64,000 nucleotides of DNA, taken from an uncultured delta proteobacterium. GTDB taxonomy: Bacteria; Desulfobacterota; RBG-13-43-22. Position numbers and translations under genes: made by a program. The notes under the pieces were generated by a model that had not been told where the DNA came from, searched no databases, and worked only from the letters and a program-made list of their open reading frames with translations. Below, piece after piece: positions 31,144 through 41,117 of this stretch (its first letter is position 1; every line of letters starts with the position of its first letter). The stretch covers positions 1,120,001-1,184,000 of the forward strand of contig CAWBOS010000010.1 of the NCBI GenBank assembly GCA_963790475.1, given 5' to 3'.

Positions 31144-32166
31144 TTATTCATCATCCGAATCCATTTCAAATTCCTTTTCCCGCCAGACTATCTTTGTCCA
31201 GAATCGCCCCCAGAGATCGACCAGCCCGGTTCCTTTGGGTAGAAAGAGCAGCACCAGCACAACCACCGCGCCGAATAACAATTGCTGAATGCCGTATATT
31301 TCCAGGCGGGTCAGATAGCTGCCAAAGGTATAAAGTAAAACAGAGCCGATAATCGGCCCCCCAACCAGAGAACCAATACCCCCCACGATACTCATGATCA
31401 TGATTTGTATGGACTGCCACAGTCCGAGCATAGTGGGTGTTAGGACTGTAAGGAAGTGCGCATAAAGGGAGCCGGCCAGACCGGTGAAAACGCCGGCCAC
31501 GGTAAAGGCAATGACCCTGTATTTCATCAGATACATTCCCTGGTGTTCGGCCAGGACCGAATTGAGAGCCACCCCGGCGAACGAACGCCCCAACCGGCTT
31601 TCGCTTAATCGCCAGAAAATTAAAGCCGTGACAGCCACCAGACCTACCGTTAAATAGAAGAAAGGAACCGAATTGGCAAAAAAATTGATTTCAAAAAACC
31701 CCAGGGAAATGGGGTTCGGCTGGGAAGTAATTAGTCCCCGTGTCCCCCGGGTGACAGATTCCCACTGTTGGGCGATAATGCGGATGACCTCACAGAGAGC
31801 CAGGGTGATGATAGAAAAATAGATACCCCCCACTCGAAGAACCACCATACCGACTAATAAGGCGATAATGCCTGAAACCAAACCAGCCAGTAAAAAGGCA
31901 GACCAAAAGGACCAACCCATTTGAGCCGTAAGTATGGCCGAGGTGTAGCCGCCAATAGCCATGAAAGCCGCCTGCCCCAGGCTGAATTGCCCGGTTCGAA
32001 GTACCAGGGTGAATCCCATAACGGCCACAGCCCAAATGCCACTTAAAATGAGTATGGACAGGGTGGACTCATTGGTCGTTATTACCGGAACCAAGAGGAT
32101 CATGAGAACCACCAGCCCAAGGACCGCCTTGGGGACAACGTTTTTATAGTCGATATAAGTCATCAT
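31144..32166 (-). CDS. livM: LIV-type ABC permease (LivM-like)
   Basis: TGQFSLGQAAFMAIGGY, YFSIITLA and AGSLYAH motifs; multiple TMs. Confidence 0.88.
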   Translation of the reverse strand: MMTYIDYKNVVPKAVLGLVVLMILLVPVITTNESTLSILILSGIWAVAVMGFTLVLRTGQFSLGQAAFMAIGGYTSAILTAQMGWSFWSAFLLAGLVSGIIALLVGMVVLRVGGIYFSIITLALCEVIRIIAQQWESVTRGTRGLITSQPNPISLGFFEINFFANSVPFFYLTVGLVAVTALIFWRLSESRLGRSFAGVALNSVLAEHQGMYLMKYRVIAFTVAGVFTGLAGSLYAHFLTVLTPTMLGLWQSIQIMIMSIVGGIGSLVGGPIIGSVLLYTFGSYLTRLEIYGIQQLLFGAVVVLVLLFLPKGTGLVDLWGRFWTKIVWREKEFEMDSDDE

Positions 32167-33014
32167 TTTAATGAAGCTCCAAAAAGGCCCTGAGGCCTGA
32201 CCAGCAGGATGATGATGACCAATACGAAGAGGACCACCTCGGAAAAGTAGGACAAATGATAAGCTACGACACAGTTTATAAAACCCAGAATGAGGCCCCC
32301 CACAATAGCACCGGTGAGGCTGCCGATGCCGCCGATGACAATGGCCAACAAAGACATGAGCATGGGGACACCTCCGATAAATGGACTAACCGTGTAAAGG
32401 GGGGCGATGATTCCTCCGGCCAGGGCTGCCAAGCCGCAGCCAATGCCCATAACTATCAAAGATAAACGCTCTACGCTGACGCCGTATAGGCTGGCGGCAT
32501 CGGGTTGTTGGGCCGTGGCCCTGATAGCCAATCCGATTTTGGTGAAATTCAGCATGATGTACAGGATAATCATGATTACCAGGGTAAAAGAAACCACAGC
32601 AAGCTTCTGGTAGCTCACACTGAAGGTGCCCAGGTTGAGGACACCGGGAAGAACCATAGCCAGACCTTTATCCTGCATGCCAAAGACCATGCTGGCTGCA
32701 CCTTCAAAAAGAAAAATGAGCCCCATGGTAGCCGCACTCACGTACAATTCGCCGGTGATCTGGTCGATAATAATCTTTTTGACCAGCATACCCAATCCGG
32801 CTACCAGAACGCCGGCCACCAGAAGACTCAGCGGAAAAGGAATGCCGGCGACTGTAATGGCATAATAGACAACGAAGGCACCCAGCATATAGAACTGCCC
32901 GTGGGTCCAGTTCAATATCCCCAGGATGCTGAATACCAGAACCATGCCAAAGGCCATGGTCATGTAGGCGCAGCTTTGGATCAATCCATCAATCCATATA
33001 CCAGCCGGAGGCAT
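32163..33014 (-). CDS. livH: LIV-type ABC permease (LivH-like)
   Basis: LNWTHGQFYMLGA, TKIGLAIRA and RPQGLFG motifs. Confidence 0.88.
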   Translation of the reverse strand: MPPAGIWIDGLIQSCAYMTMAFGMVLVFSILGILNWTHGQFYMLGAFVVYYAITVAGIPFPLSLLVAGVLVAGLGMLVKKIIIDQITGELYVSAATMGLIFLFEGAASMVFGMQDKGLAMVLPGVLNLGTFSVSYQKLAVVSFTLVIMIILYIMLNFTKIGLAIRATAQQPDAASLYGVSVERLSLIVMGIGCGLAALAGGIIAPLYTVSPFIGGVPMLMSLLAIVIGGIGSLTGAIVGGLILGFINCVVAYHLSYFSEVVLFVLVIIILLVRPQGLFGASLK

Positions 33015-33084
33015 AAACGCTCTCCTTTCTTATTATTAACCTCACCCCTCTGGACGACTTGAGGTCTAAATAGCTTTGGGATTT

Positions 33085-33162
33085 GAGGATCCTGGGGATC
33101 AAGGGTCCAAGTGAAAGGCCTGGAATTAAACCCTTTCGAAACCTTGAACCCTTGAACCCTTG
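33085..33162. repeat. Octamer-periodic inverted repeat (CCCTTGAA units) after the binding-protein gene
   Basis: ggggatcaagggtccaagtg ... accttgaacccttgaacccttg. Confidence 0.6.
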
Positions 33163-33176
33163 TATCCTATCATTTG

Positions 33177-34391
33177 TTACGGTATCGGTTTTGAGGGATG
33201 TTCGCTAAGGTAAACTTCCTTGTCCCCTTTGATCACACAAAGGGCGGCCGGGGTTCCGAAAACTACCGGCGACCCCCAGGTTTTTTCTCCTGACATGGTC
33301 CATTTGCCAATGGTTGTGTCAAAAGTGCCACCCCGGATGGCTTTCATGATAGCATCAGTGTTGTCTACGGTACCGGCCTTTTGCATGGCCTGGGCCAGGA
33401 TCAGCAAGTGATTCGGGAGCCAGCCTACCCACCCACTGTAGTTAAAGGGCTTGCCTTGTTTCTTCGAGACAATCGCATTGACCTCTTGGCACATTTTGAT
33501 ATATTTAGGATTCACCTTGGTCTTCTTGAAATCCCAGTTGGCCCAATACTGCCCGATCATACCCTGTGCTGCATCTGCGCCGACAACCGCAGTATACATG
33601 CCTACATCGACAAAAGGACCGGAGTGACCCACTTTCATATCCTTGAAGCCCATCTCCCAGCGTTGTTTGGCGAAGGCCATGGTCTCCCCAACCCATCCGG
33701 CAATATAGACAATATCGCATCCTGCCTCTTTGAATCGGGTGATATAGGGCGTGAAGTCTTGTTGTCCGAAGGGGAACCATTCCCTGGCATACCGAATTCC
33801 ATTCTTTTTAAAGAACGCATCAACATAGGCTTCCGGACCCTTGCCCACAACACAATCCAGAACCCCTATTTTTTTGTAATTGGGATAGGCTGCCACAAGG
33901 GCCAGGTGATCGTAAAGATATTGATCAAAAGAGTTATTGGCGAAAACCACGTAAGGAAATTTTTTGGGGTCGTAGATACCACCGGGAAAGACCTCATTTC
34001 CAGTCCTGGTCAGTAAAATGGCCTTGGCCTGGGTGGCCACTGTAGCCACCGCCGGGAAATTCCAGGTCCAATGTCCGGCCAGGAACTTGCAGCCTTCGTT
34101 GTAGATGAGTTGTTTGGCTGCGGCAGCGCCGCCTTCGGGGGTGTTTTTGTCATCAACGGTGATTAGTTTAAAATTGTAGGTCTTGCCCCCCACTTTAAAG
34201 CCTTCTTTATTGAACAGTTCAATCCAGGCTAAATAGGGTTCCATACCAATCTGACCCCAGGGGGCTGCCGGACCGCTCAGACAGGTTGGCATCCCTACTT
34301 TGATGATGATAGGTGCCGTCTGGGCACCGGCTTGGCCAAAAGCCATTACCGTGACAAATAAAACTGCCCACAGCATAGTCCATTTCTTCAT
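33177..34391 (-). CDS. LIV-family (type I) periplasmic substrate-binding protein
   Basis: Signal peptide; IKVG..LSGPAAPWG; QDFTPYITRFK. Confidence 0.88.
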   Translation of the reverse strand: MKKWTMLWAVLFVTVMAFGQAGAQTAPIIIKVGMPTCLSGPAAPWGQIGMEPYLAWIELFNKEGFKVGGKTYNFKLITVDDKNTPEGGAAAAKQLIYNEGCKFLAGHWTWNFPAVATVATQAKAILLTRTGNEVFPGGIYDPKKFPYVVFANNSFDQYLYDHLALVAAYPNYKKIGVLDCVVGKGPEAYVDAFFKKNGIRYAREWFPFGQQDFTPYITRFKEAGCDIVYIAGWVGETMAFAKQRWEMGFKDMKVGHSGPFVDVGMYTAVVGADAAQGMIGQYWANWDFKKTKVNPKYIKMCQEVNAIVSKKQGKPFNYSGWVGWLPNHLLILAQAMQKAGTVDNTDAIMKAIRGGTFDTTIGKWTMSGEKTWGSPVVFGTPAALCVIKGDKEVYLSEHPSKPIP

Positions 34392-34511
34392 GATTTCAGT
34401 TCCTCCTTCTCTTATTGAATATTGAACTTATTTCCTTTCAAATCTTTTCCGGTTTAAATTTCCCCCTCCTTTCCCATGGTTTCGCTGACTGAACCCAATA
34501 TTAAAGTCAAA

Positions 34512-34796
34512 CTAACCCCCGGCAACAGCCAGCCCTAAATCAAGCTTATCACCGTCCTTAAGGAGGACATCTTCATCCTTCCTTAAACTCCGGCCGTTAA
34601 GCAGGAACAGGCTGTTATCCCAAAGGGAGGTCTTCTTTTTCACCCCCATGGATTGAAGTTTTTTCTGAAATACAGGACCGTATTTTTTATCGATGGCCTC
34701 CCTGACTTCGGTTACCCGGTTAGCTTCGATCGTAATCGATGGTTCGCCGAGAAACAATCTCAGGGGGCCGAGGAAATTGATCGTAACCTTTGCCAT
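34512..34796 (-). CDS. MoaD/ThiS-family sulfur carrier
   Basis: Ubiquitin-like fold, LLNGR, LKDGD and C-terminal VAGG; follows AOR. Confidence 0.88.
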   Translation of the reverse strand: MAKVTINFLGPLRLFLGEPSITIEANRVTEVREAIDKKYGPVFQKKLQSMGVKKKTSLWDNSLFLLNGRSLRKDEDVLLKDGDKLDLGLAVAGG

Positions 34797-34849
34797 AACT
34801 CGGGAACTCGCGCCTCGTTCATAATCGATGCAAATATTAACATTATCTC

Positions 34850-34921
34850 AGCTCGGAGTAAATAGTTCGGAGTTAATACCTCGGTGCAAAATATCCTACT
34901 CCGAACTCAAAACTCCGAACT
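34850..34921. repeat. Heptamer-periodic hairpin repeat, copy 3
   Basis: agctcggagt/agttcggagt ... actccgaact twice. Confidence 0.75.
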
Positions 34922-34944
34922 GCGGACTAATACTCAGTCTTATG

Positions 34945-36792
34945 CTACATAGCCCCAATTGAGGCAGCGATTTCCGGCATATCCAAACTTTGCAGACGTT
35001 TCTTCGAGGGTCTGCCGCTGACCTGATCCCAGTCTCTGATCTCATAGTACTCCGGCAGCATCTTTTCCATGTTGGGCACGTGTCCTTCCTGTCCGCCGTC
35101 GGGAATAGGCCGCATGACCAGCCCCGGGAGTTGGTCATCCCCGGCGTTGATTCCCAGCTTGCAGGACAAAGCCCGCTGCAATTGAAATATGCGTTCGCCG
35201 GCCTTCAATAGCCGGTCCATATCCATATCCCAGCCCGTAGCGGCATTCACCATATCAACTATCAAGGAGAAAGGTATTTGAGCGAAATGGCAGATCCCCA
35301 GGGAATCGGTCAAAGCACGAAAATTCTGGCTTTTGAAAACCATTTCCGCTTTATCATCTCCCCATCGGTCGGAGGCGTCAAGACCCAGGTCAGGATGCCC
35401 GGCGCCGCCTTCCACCTGATATCCGTCGCTTTTATTATGATCCGCACCCCGCGGAGCCGTGGCATAAACCAGTCCCATGGAGTGATAGGCCCTTGGGTCA
35501 TGCATGGGAATCTCAAGGCCCTTGGTCTGCACGGCTTCGCCCAAAGGCCGTCCGTATCGTAGGCTCATCCGCTTGGTCCCTTCAGCGACTATGGCCCCGA
35601 AACCCCGGTTCTTTCCAATCAGATGCAACAGTTCGATGGCCGCCTGGGTGTTTCCCCAGGTGAGTTTAAGACCGCCGGTGTCTTTATCGGAAATTACTCC
35701 CAACTCATAGAGATAGAAGGCGTAACCGGCGCTGGCGCCGCCGCTGATGGTATCAAAGCCATAGCGGTTACACAACTCGTTTAAGTAAACGGCCGCGGAC
35801 ATGTCCAGATCGAGTCCCATCATAGCCCCTAAAGCAATCAGGGTTTCATATTCGGGGCCTTCGACCTTTTCGTAAAGATACTTCCCTCCTTTGATTTGCA
35901 GCACCTTCCGACAGCGGATAGGACAACCAAAACAGGCGGTATGACCGATCTGACAGGTCTCCACCATTGTCGCCCCGCTTATGGTTGTAGCTTCCGGCAT
36001 AGTAGGGGCGGTGTAATATCTGGTCGGGCCGTCGCCATAAGCAATAGCCGAATCCACCCAGGAAGCCGTACCGCCCTCATGCATCCACTGGGTCAAAAAG
36101 GCTTCCTTGACCTCGGTCATGGCCTTGCGGGCGACCTCACGAAATTCTTCCGCGTCTGCCATAGGCAGCTTCATCCGGCCGCGAACGGCAATGGCTTTTA
36201 GCTTCTTGGAACCCATGACGCAACCCAATCCGGCCCGGCCCAGGCTGTGACCATGTTCAGACATGACGTTTCCGAAAGGAACCAGATTTTCAGAGGCAGG
36301 ACCGATACAAGCAATTTGCAGGCCTTTGTCCCCGCAGGTCCTTTTGATTTCTTCCTGGGTCTGGGTGGTATCCTGGCCCCACAGGCCGGCGGCGTCTCTA
36401 AGTTCAGCCAGGCCGTCTTTGAGGTAAAGATAAACCGGCTTGAAGGCCCGGCCTTTGAGGATAATACCGTCATAACCGGCTTTCTTAAGCTCCGCACCGA
36501 ACCAGGCCCCGGCATTGGAATCTCCATAATGCCCGGTATAAGGCGATTTGGTCGCCCCTCCCCAGCGGCTGACACTGGGCCCGCTGGTGCCGTTCAGGAG
36601 TCCGGTCATAAGGATTAGAGGATTGTCCGGACCGTGCGGGTCGGTCTTTTCATCGACCAGGTCAAACAGGTATCGGGCCGCCAAACCGGTCCCGCCAAGG
36701 AAATCCCGGGCATATTTTTCGTTCAAGGGCTCATCCGTGAGCGTTCCCGTCGTCAAATCGACTATTAATAATTTGCCCTGATATCCGTGCAT
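34945..36792 (-). CDS. Aldehyde:ferredoxin oxidoreductase family (tungstopterin) enzyme
   Basis: IGPASEN, GRAGLGCVMGSKKLKAI, CFGCPIRC, GPEYET, GFDTIS and DSLGIC motifs. Confidence 0.93.
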   Translation of the reverse strand: MHGYQGKLLIVDLTTGTLTDEPLNEKYARDFLGGTGLAARYLFDLVDEKTDPHGPDNPLILMTGLLNGTSGPSVSRWGGATKSPYTGHYGDSNAGAWFGAELKKAGYDGIILKGRAFKPVYLYLKDGLAELRDAAGLWGQDTTQTQEEIKRTCGDKGLQIACIGPASENLVPFGNVMSEHGHSLGRAGLGCVMGSKKLKAIAVRGRMKLPMADAEEFREVARKAMTEVKEAFLTQWMHEGGTASWVDSAIAYGDGPTRYYTAPTMPEATTISGATMVETCQIGHTACFGCPIRCRKVLQIKGGKYLYEKVEGPEYETLIALGAMMGLDLDMSAAVYLNELCNRYGFDTISGGASAGYAFYLYELGVISDKDTGGLKLTWGNTQAAIELLHLIGKNRGFGAIVAEGTKRMSLRYGRPLGEAVQTKGLEIPMHDPRAYHSMGLVYATAPRGADHNKSDGYQVEGGAGHPDLGLDASDRWGDDKAEMVFKSQNFRALTDSLGICHFAQIPFSLIVDMVNAATGWDMDMDRLLKAGERIFQLQRALSCKLGINAGDDQLPGLVMRPIPDGGQEGHVPNMEKMLPEYYEIRDWDQVSGRPSKKRLQSLDMPEIAASIGAM

Positions 36793-36816
36793 GAATTCTT
36801 CCTTTTAGGCGTGATT

Positions 36817-36893
36817 AGTTCGGAGTATTTAGTTCGGAGTACGGAGTGGAGGGTTCAGAGAAATCACACGCTCCGAACTCTGAACTCCGAACT
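36817..36893. repeat. Heptamer-periodic hairpin repeat, copy 4
   Basis: agttcggagt twice plus acggagt ... ctccgaactctgaactccgaact. Confidence 0.75.
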
Positions 36894-36901
36894 TTTCCGT
36901 C

Positions 36902-38074
36902 TCAAAAATCAATTGGTCGTCCCACATAGGCATATCGGAATATTTTATCCAGATCTTCCTCACCGGGAACACGGGTAACGGTAATCGTCATGACCTCATT
37001 CAGTGCCCGATCTATCAACCCGGGAATCGATTCTTCATATTTGGCTTTATCGATGCCCAGATCCTTGACCGAAAGCGGCTGTTTGATTTCCTTGGCCAAT
37101 CCGCGGATCTTCTTTACCAGGGCCTTGGCGCATTCCAGATCCGTGCCGGAGGTTATACCGCAGAAGCGGGCTATCTCGGCGTATTTGGCGGTTGTTTCCT
37201 CTGAACCATTAATCAGATATTCCATGGTATAGGGCAGAAAAAGGCCGACCGATCGCCCGTGGGGCTGATGATAAATAGCCCCAAGGGCGTGGCCGGTACT
37301 ATGACCGAGTCCGGCCATGGAATTACCGAAGGACATGCCGGCCAAGGTGGCGGCATACATCATCTCTTGGCGGGACTGGAGGTCATCACCGTTTCGAAAG
37401 GCGAGGGGCAGATACTTAAAGGCTTGCCGTGAGGCAATCAATCCCGGGGCATCCGTAAAACTGCTACCCCAGGTGGAGACATATCCTTCAATGGCGTGGG
37501 TGAGGACATCCATACCGGTCTCGGCTGTAAGTTGCGGGGGCATACCGGCTACCATCACCGGATCCAGGATGGCCACATCCGGCATACATTCGGTGGTTCC
37601 CAGGCCGACTTTACGCTGAAATTCCGTGTCGGTGAGAACAATGGCCCAGGTCGCTTCGGAGCCCGTTCCGCTGGTAGTTGGTATGGCCATCAACCTGGCC
37701 TTGTCTCGAAAATTATAGGTATCGGAGGCCACAATCCCATCCGGATCGAGGTCCGGCCTGACCAGTAGAATGATAATCGCTTTGGCCGCATCCATACAGG
37801 ACCCGCCACCCAGGCCGATCACCCAGTCGGGTTGATATTTTCCTACTGCGACACCCCCCTTTTTAATGGTGAGTAGCGATGGCTCCGGCTCGACATCATC
37901 AAATATTTGCCATTCGATGTTCGCGGCCTCTAATTGATCGGTGACCGGCTTGGTCAATCCGAGTTTGACGATGTTTTTGTCGGTGACAATGAAGGCTTTT
38001 TTGCCCCGTATCTGGGCCAGGTAGTCGAGGGCATTATCTCCATAGGCGATAAAGGGAGTCGAAAAAGTCCACAT
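36902..38074 (-). CDS. Iron-containing alcohol dehydrogenase
   Basis: GLGGGSCMDAAK, PTTSGTGSE, GMDVLTHAIE and His iron ligands. Confidence 0.93.
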   Translation of the reverse strand: MWTFSTPFIAYGDNALDYLAQIRGKKAFIVTDKNIVKLGLTKPVTDQLEAANIEWQIFDDVEPEPSLLTIKKGGVAVGKYQPDWVIGLGGGSCMDAAKAIIILLVRPDLDPDGIVASDTYNFRDKARLMAIPTTSGTGSEATWAIVLTDTEFQRKVGLGTTECMPDVAILDPVMVAGMPPQLTAETGMDVLTHAIEGYVSTWGSSFTDAPGLIASRQAFKYLPLAFRNGDDLQSRQEMMYAATLAGMSFGNSMAGLGHSTGHALGAIYHQPHGRSVGLFLPYTMEYLINGSEETTAKYAEIARFCGITSGTDLECAKALVKKIRGLAKEIKQPLSVKDLGIDKAKYEESIPGLIDRALNEVMTITVTRVPGEEDLDKIFRYAYVGRPIDF

Positions 38075-38094
38075 AGAATCCTCCTTGGCAAAAA

Positions 38095-38162
38095 AAGGTT
38101 TGAGGTTTGAGGTTTAAGATCCAAGAAAAACCGTATATCGTAAACCGTATACCGTAAACCTT
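38095..38162. repeat. Heptamer tandem repeats (AGGTTTG / AACCGTA units)
   Basis: aaggtttgaggtttgaggtttaag ... aaccgtatatcgtaaaccgtataccgtaaacctt. Confidence 0.6.
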
Positions 38163-38164
38163 GT

Positions 38165-38584
38165 TTATTCCAACCACTCTGTAGGTATTTTGGCGGTGAT
38201 GTTGGTCAACTCATTGGCCGCCTTGGTATAACGCATGATTTTGGACATGGTTCCCCGACTGCCGGTCATCAGCTTGGATTGTTTGGTGATCAGGGCCTGA
38301 GTGGAATCGAGTTGTTTCAGGCAGATCCTCTTCCATATGGCATAAGGTGCCAGGATGATGAACTCCGGGTTATATTTTTTGGGATCGGTAACGATCTCGG
38401 CTTGTCGACATTTTCCGTGGTAAAGATCGACATAAGCATAAATAGGCTCTTTGACCGGACCACCTTTATCGGTAATGAAATAAAAATCCCCTTCCCAGGT
38501 CTTGCCCGCCTCTTCGTAACCCTTGCTTTTGTTAATCTCCTCCTTGTAAATATCATACCATTCCTGCGTTCCATACTTAGCCAT
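38165..38584 (-). CDS. SCP2 sterol/lipid-binding domain protein
   Basis: W....KEEINKS..Y.EAGKTWEGDF, DLYHGKC, W..I...LD..QAL.....L pattern of stand-alone SCP2 proteins. Confidence 0.8.
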   Translation of the reverse strand: MAKYGTQEWYDIYKEEINKSKGYEEAGKTWEGDFYFITDKGGPVKEPIYAYVDLYHGKCRQAEIVTDPKKYNPEFIILAPYAIWKRICLKQLDSTQALITKQSKLMTGSRGTMSKIMRYTKAANELTNITAKIPTEWLE

Positions 38585-38704
38585 GGGAAATACCCTCCTT
38601 CAAATCTCCTTCAGAAAAATTTAAAATTACTTTATTTAATCGGGCAAAAAACCCTTTTCCAAATCGCTTAATGACTTTCCCTAACCAACATCGACTTTTA
38701 TGTT

Positions 38705-38733
38705 TCTATATTCCGTGTAAGGATAACTGTCAA
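38705..38733 (-). promoter_or_regulatory. sigma70 promoter of the SCP2-adh-aor-moaD-liv operon
   Basis: TTGACA-17 bp-TATAGA on the minus strand. Confidence 0.65.
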
Positions 38734-38744
38734 TATATTTATTG

Positions 38745-38778
38745 TGTTTCATCAACGATGCTTCACTATCTTAAAACA
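38745..38778. promoter_or_regulatory. Putative operator, site A (TGTTTCAT-N18-TTAAAACA)
   Basis: Inverted repeat 11 bp upstream of the -35 box; recurs at 49044, 52024 and 57285. Confidence 0.65.
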
Positions 38779-38890
38779 GAAACTTGTTATCTCCGATTCA
38801 CGGTGAGATTAAGGGTACCGGCCATTCGAGGGTCCAGGAGAGCAGACCCTCCCAGGCAACTGGTCATAGTTCCCGACCAGGCGAACAAGG

Positions 38891-39223
38891 CTACAGATCG
38901 TCAAGGATCTTGCCGGAACGGGCCTTTTCAACGGTCTCATCAAAACGGGGGCCCAAGTCCACGCCCAATTCCTTGACTCTCTTTTTGGCCCAAAGCCCGA
39001 CATTCCGATCATCCTTGTAGAAGGAGTCATCCCGGGGCCTTCGGGTGTCGAATTCAGTCAATCGCTGTGACTCGGTTCTGTGGACTACCACACGGGAAAG
39101 GATCCGCACCAGACGATCCCCCCGGCAGTGTCGGCACAATACCTTCTCGCTTTGTTTCGGATTAAGGATCAGGGCAGCAGTGATCTTTCCACAGGACTCA
39201 CACTGGTATTCATAGATAGGCAT
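38891..39223 (-). CDS. FmdB-family zinc-ribbon protein
   Basis: MPIYEYQCESCG...CRHC motif. Confidence 0.85.
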   Translation of the reverse strand: MPIYEYQCESCGKITAALILNPKQSEKVLCRHCRGDRLVRILSRVVVHRTESQRLTEFDTRRPRDDSFYKDDRNVGLWAKKRVKELGVDLGPRFDETVEKARSGKILDDL

Positions 39224-39312
39224 GCCATTTCCTCTCTCGTTTGCTTTTGATCGTCAAGACCCTGAGAAGTTTTGACCAGGAAATGGACTTGCCAAATCCC
39301 TGGCTTCAATCT

Positions 39313-40305
39313 TTACTTTTTTTCTCTTATCTCATTTATTTTTTTGGTTAGCCCGGGGACAAAATCAAGGATGTCCGCCACGATGGCGATATCAGCCGCC
39401 TGAAAAAAAGGAGCCTTGGGATTTTTGTTTATGGCAACAATAAACGGATTACCCTTTATCCCGGCCAGATGTTGAAAAGCACCGCTTATGCCTAAGGCCA
39501 TATAGACCTTCGGCTTTACCGTCTGGCCCGAGTTCCCGACTTGCCGATCTTTAGTAAGCCATTTTGCGTCCACGATGGGTCTGGAACAAGAGACGTCTCC
39601 TCCCATCGCCCTTGCCAGATCGAAGACTAATTCGAGATTATCTTGATCTTGTATTCCCCGGCCCACGGAAACCAGTATCTCCGATTGAGCAATATTGACT
39701 TCTCCGATTCCTGTCTCAATGAATTCCTGGAAATAGCGTTTTGTTTGGGGTATCTCCCCTTCCAGCGCTTCAGCCGTTTTATCAATGACTCGGCCATTTC
39801 CTGCTTGGCCTTCTTCTCCCTTGAAACTCCCGGGTCGTACTGTAAGGACAGCACCAGGGGTAAGGTCACAATCCACATGGGCATTCACAAGTCCGTTATA
39901 TTCTTGTCTCACGGCCTTGATCTGATTATCGTTTACCCCTTGGAACTCAACCACATCGGAAAGAAAGGAAGCCCCCAGCAGAATGGAAAGGCCGGGGGCA
40001 AGATCCATTCCGAAATGTTCGTGAGGAATAAGCACGATGGTTTTTTTCGGGATAATCCGAACGAGCAGCGGTCGAATCACCTCTGCATCAGGATAGGAAA
40101 CTCTTTCGTGGCCAATCTTCCAAACCTCTTCATAATGCTGAGCGGCTTTTTGGCAGACCGCGTCAAGATCGGCACCGACCCCGAAAACAACAGCGGTAAT
40201 GGCGGCACCAGGATCAATCATTTTGGCCGCGGAAATCATTTCCAGGGCCGTATCATCGATCGCCCCTTTATGGTGTAGTATGTAGGCGTACATCCGGCGA
40301 GACAC
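39313..40305 (-). CDS. etfA: Electron transfer flavoprotein alpha subunit
   Basis: VSVGRGI, SRPIVD, QVGNSG, GISGAFQHLAG and AINKNPKAP motifs. Confidence 0.93.
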   Translation of the reverse strand: MSRRMYAYILHHKGAIDDTALEMISAAKMIDPGAAITAVVFGVGADLDAVCQKAAQHYEEVWKIGHERVSYPDAEVIRPLLVRIIPKKTIVLIPHEHFGMDLAPGLSILLGASFLSDVVEFQGVNDNQIKAVRQEYNGLVNAHVDCDLTPGAVLTVRPGSFKGEEGQAGNGRVIDKTAEALEGEIPQTKRYFQEFIETGIGEVNIAQSEILVSVGRGIQDQDNLELVFDLARAMGGDVSCSRPIVDAKWLTKDRQVGNSGQTVKPKVYMALGISGAFQHLAGIKGNPFIVAINKNPKAPFFQAADIAIVADILDFVPGLTKKINEIREKK

Positions 40306-41096
40306 TATTTGATCCCTCCTTTTGATCTCAGAAGGTCTATCAGTTTTTCAATAATTTTCTCGGTGGTCCCTTCAAGGATTTCAGCTCCCCCACATACATC
40401 AGGTAGAAAATAGTCCTGCCGTTTTACTTTGGCCTTTAGTCCCCCCACAGAATCCGCCGTAAGACCCAGGTCCGCTGCATCATGAATCGGGATATTCAGG
40501 TTGGATGCTTTCATAATGCCGCGTACGGGGACATACCGCGGTTCATTGATGCCGGTCTGGATGGAAAGAACACAGGGGAGATCGATCTCGTAGACCTCCC
40601 GGTTTCCCCCGGCGACTTCGCGATGGATTCTGAGCTTTCGGTCATCAAGCACCTCAAGGTGATTGACTATTGAGGCAAACGGCCAACCGAGCATGGCCGC
40701 GAGCATCCCTCCTACCTGACTTGCGCCATCCTCTGCCTGAACCCCGGTAAAAATAAGATCGTATCGACCTTTTTCGATCTCCGCTTTTAATATGCTGGCT
40801 AACCCCTGACCGTCGGATCCCGGGAAGACATCATCCCAAATATGGATGGCCTTATCCGCACCCATGGCCAATTCTCTTCTTAATACCTCATCTCCTTCTG
40901 CACGGTCAATGGTGACCACGGTAACCGTCCCTCCCCTATGTTCTCGGATCCGTATCGCCTCCTCCACAGCGTAATTATCCGATTCATTGACGGAATAGAC
41001 GAGATCATCCCGTTTGATATCGGTCCCCTCCGGGTCCAATTGGATTTCATTTTCAACTGGGTCGGGAACCCTTTTCACGCAGACCAAAATCTCCAT
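40305..41096 (-). CDS. etfB: Electron transfer flavoprotein beta subunit
   Basis: ILVCVKRVPD, YAVEEA, LAMGADKA and INEPRY motifs. Confidence 0.93.
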   Translation of the reverse strand: MEILVCVKRVPDPVENEIQLDPEGTDIKRDDLVYSVNESDNYAVEEAIRIREHRGGTVTVVTIDRAEGDEVLRRELAMGADKAIHIWDDVFPGSDGQGLASILKAEIEKGRYDLIFTGVQAEDGASQVGGMLAAMLGWPFASIVNHLEVLDDRKLRIHREVAGGNREVYEIDLPCVLSIQTGINEPRYVPVRGIMKASNLNIPIHDAADLGLTADSVGGLKAKVKRQDYFLPDVCGGAEILEGTTEKIIEKLIDLLRSKGGIK

Positions 41097-41117
41097 GTTT
41101 CCTCCAAAGGCTCTTGA

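Noticed and set aside
31068-36893. AGTTCGGAGT repeats as a CRISPR array
   Set aside because: Units are 7-10 bp, arranged as inverted arms at scattered sites, with no repeat-spacer array and no cas genes.
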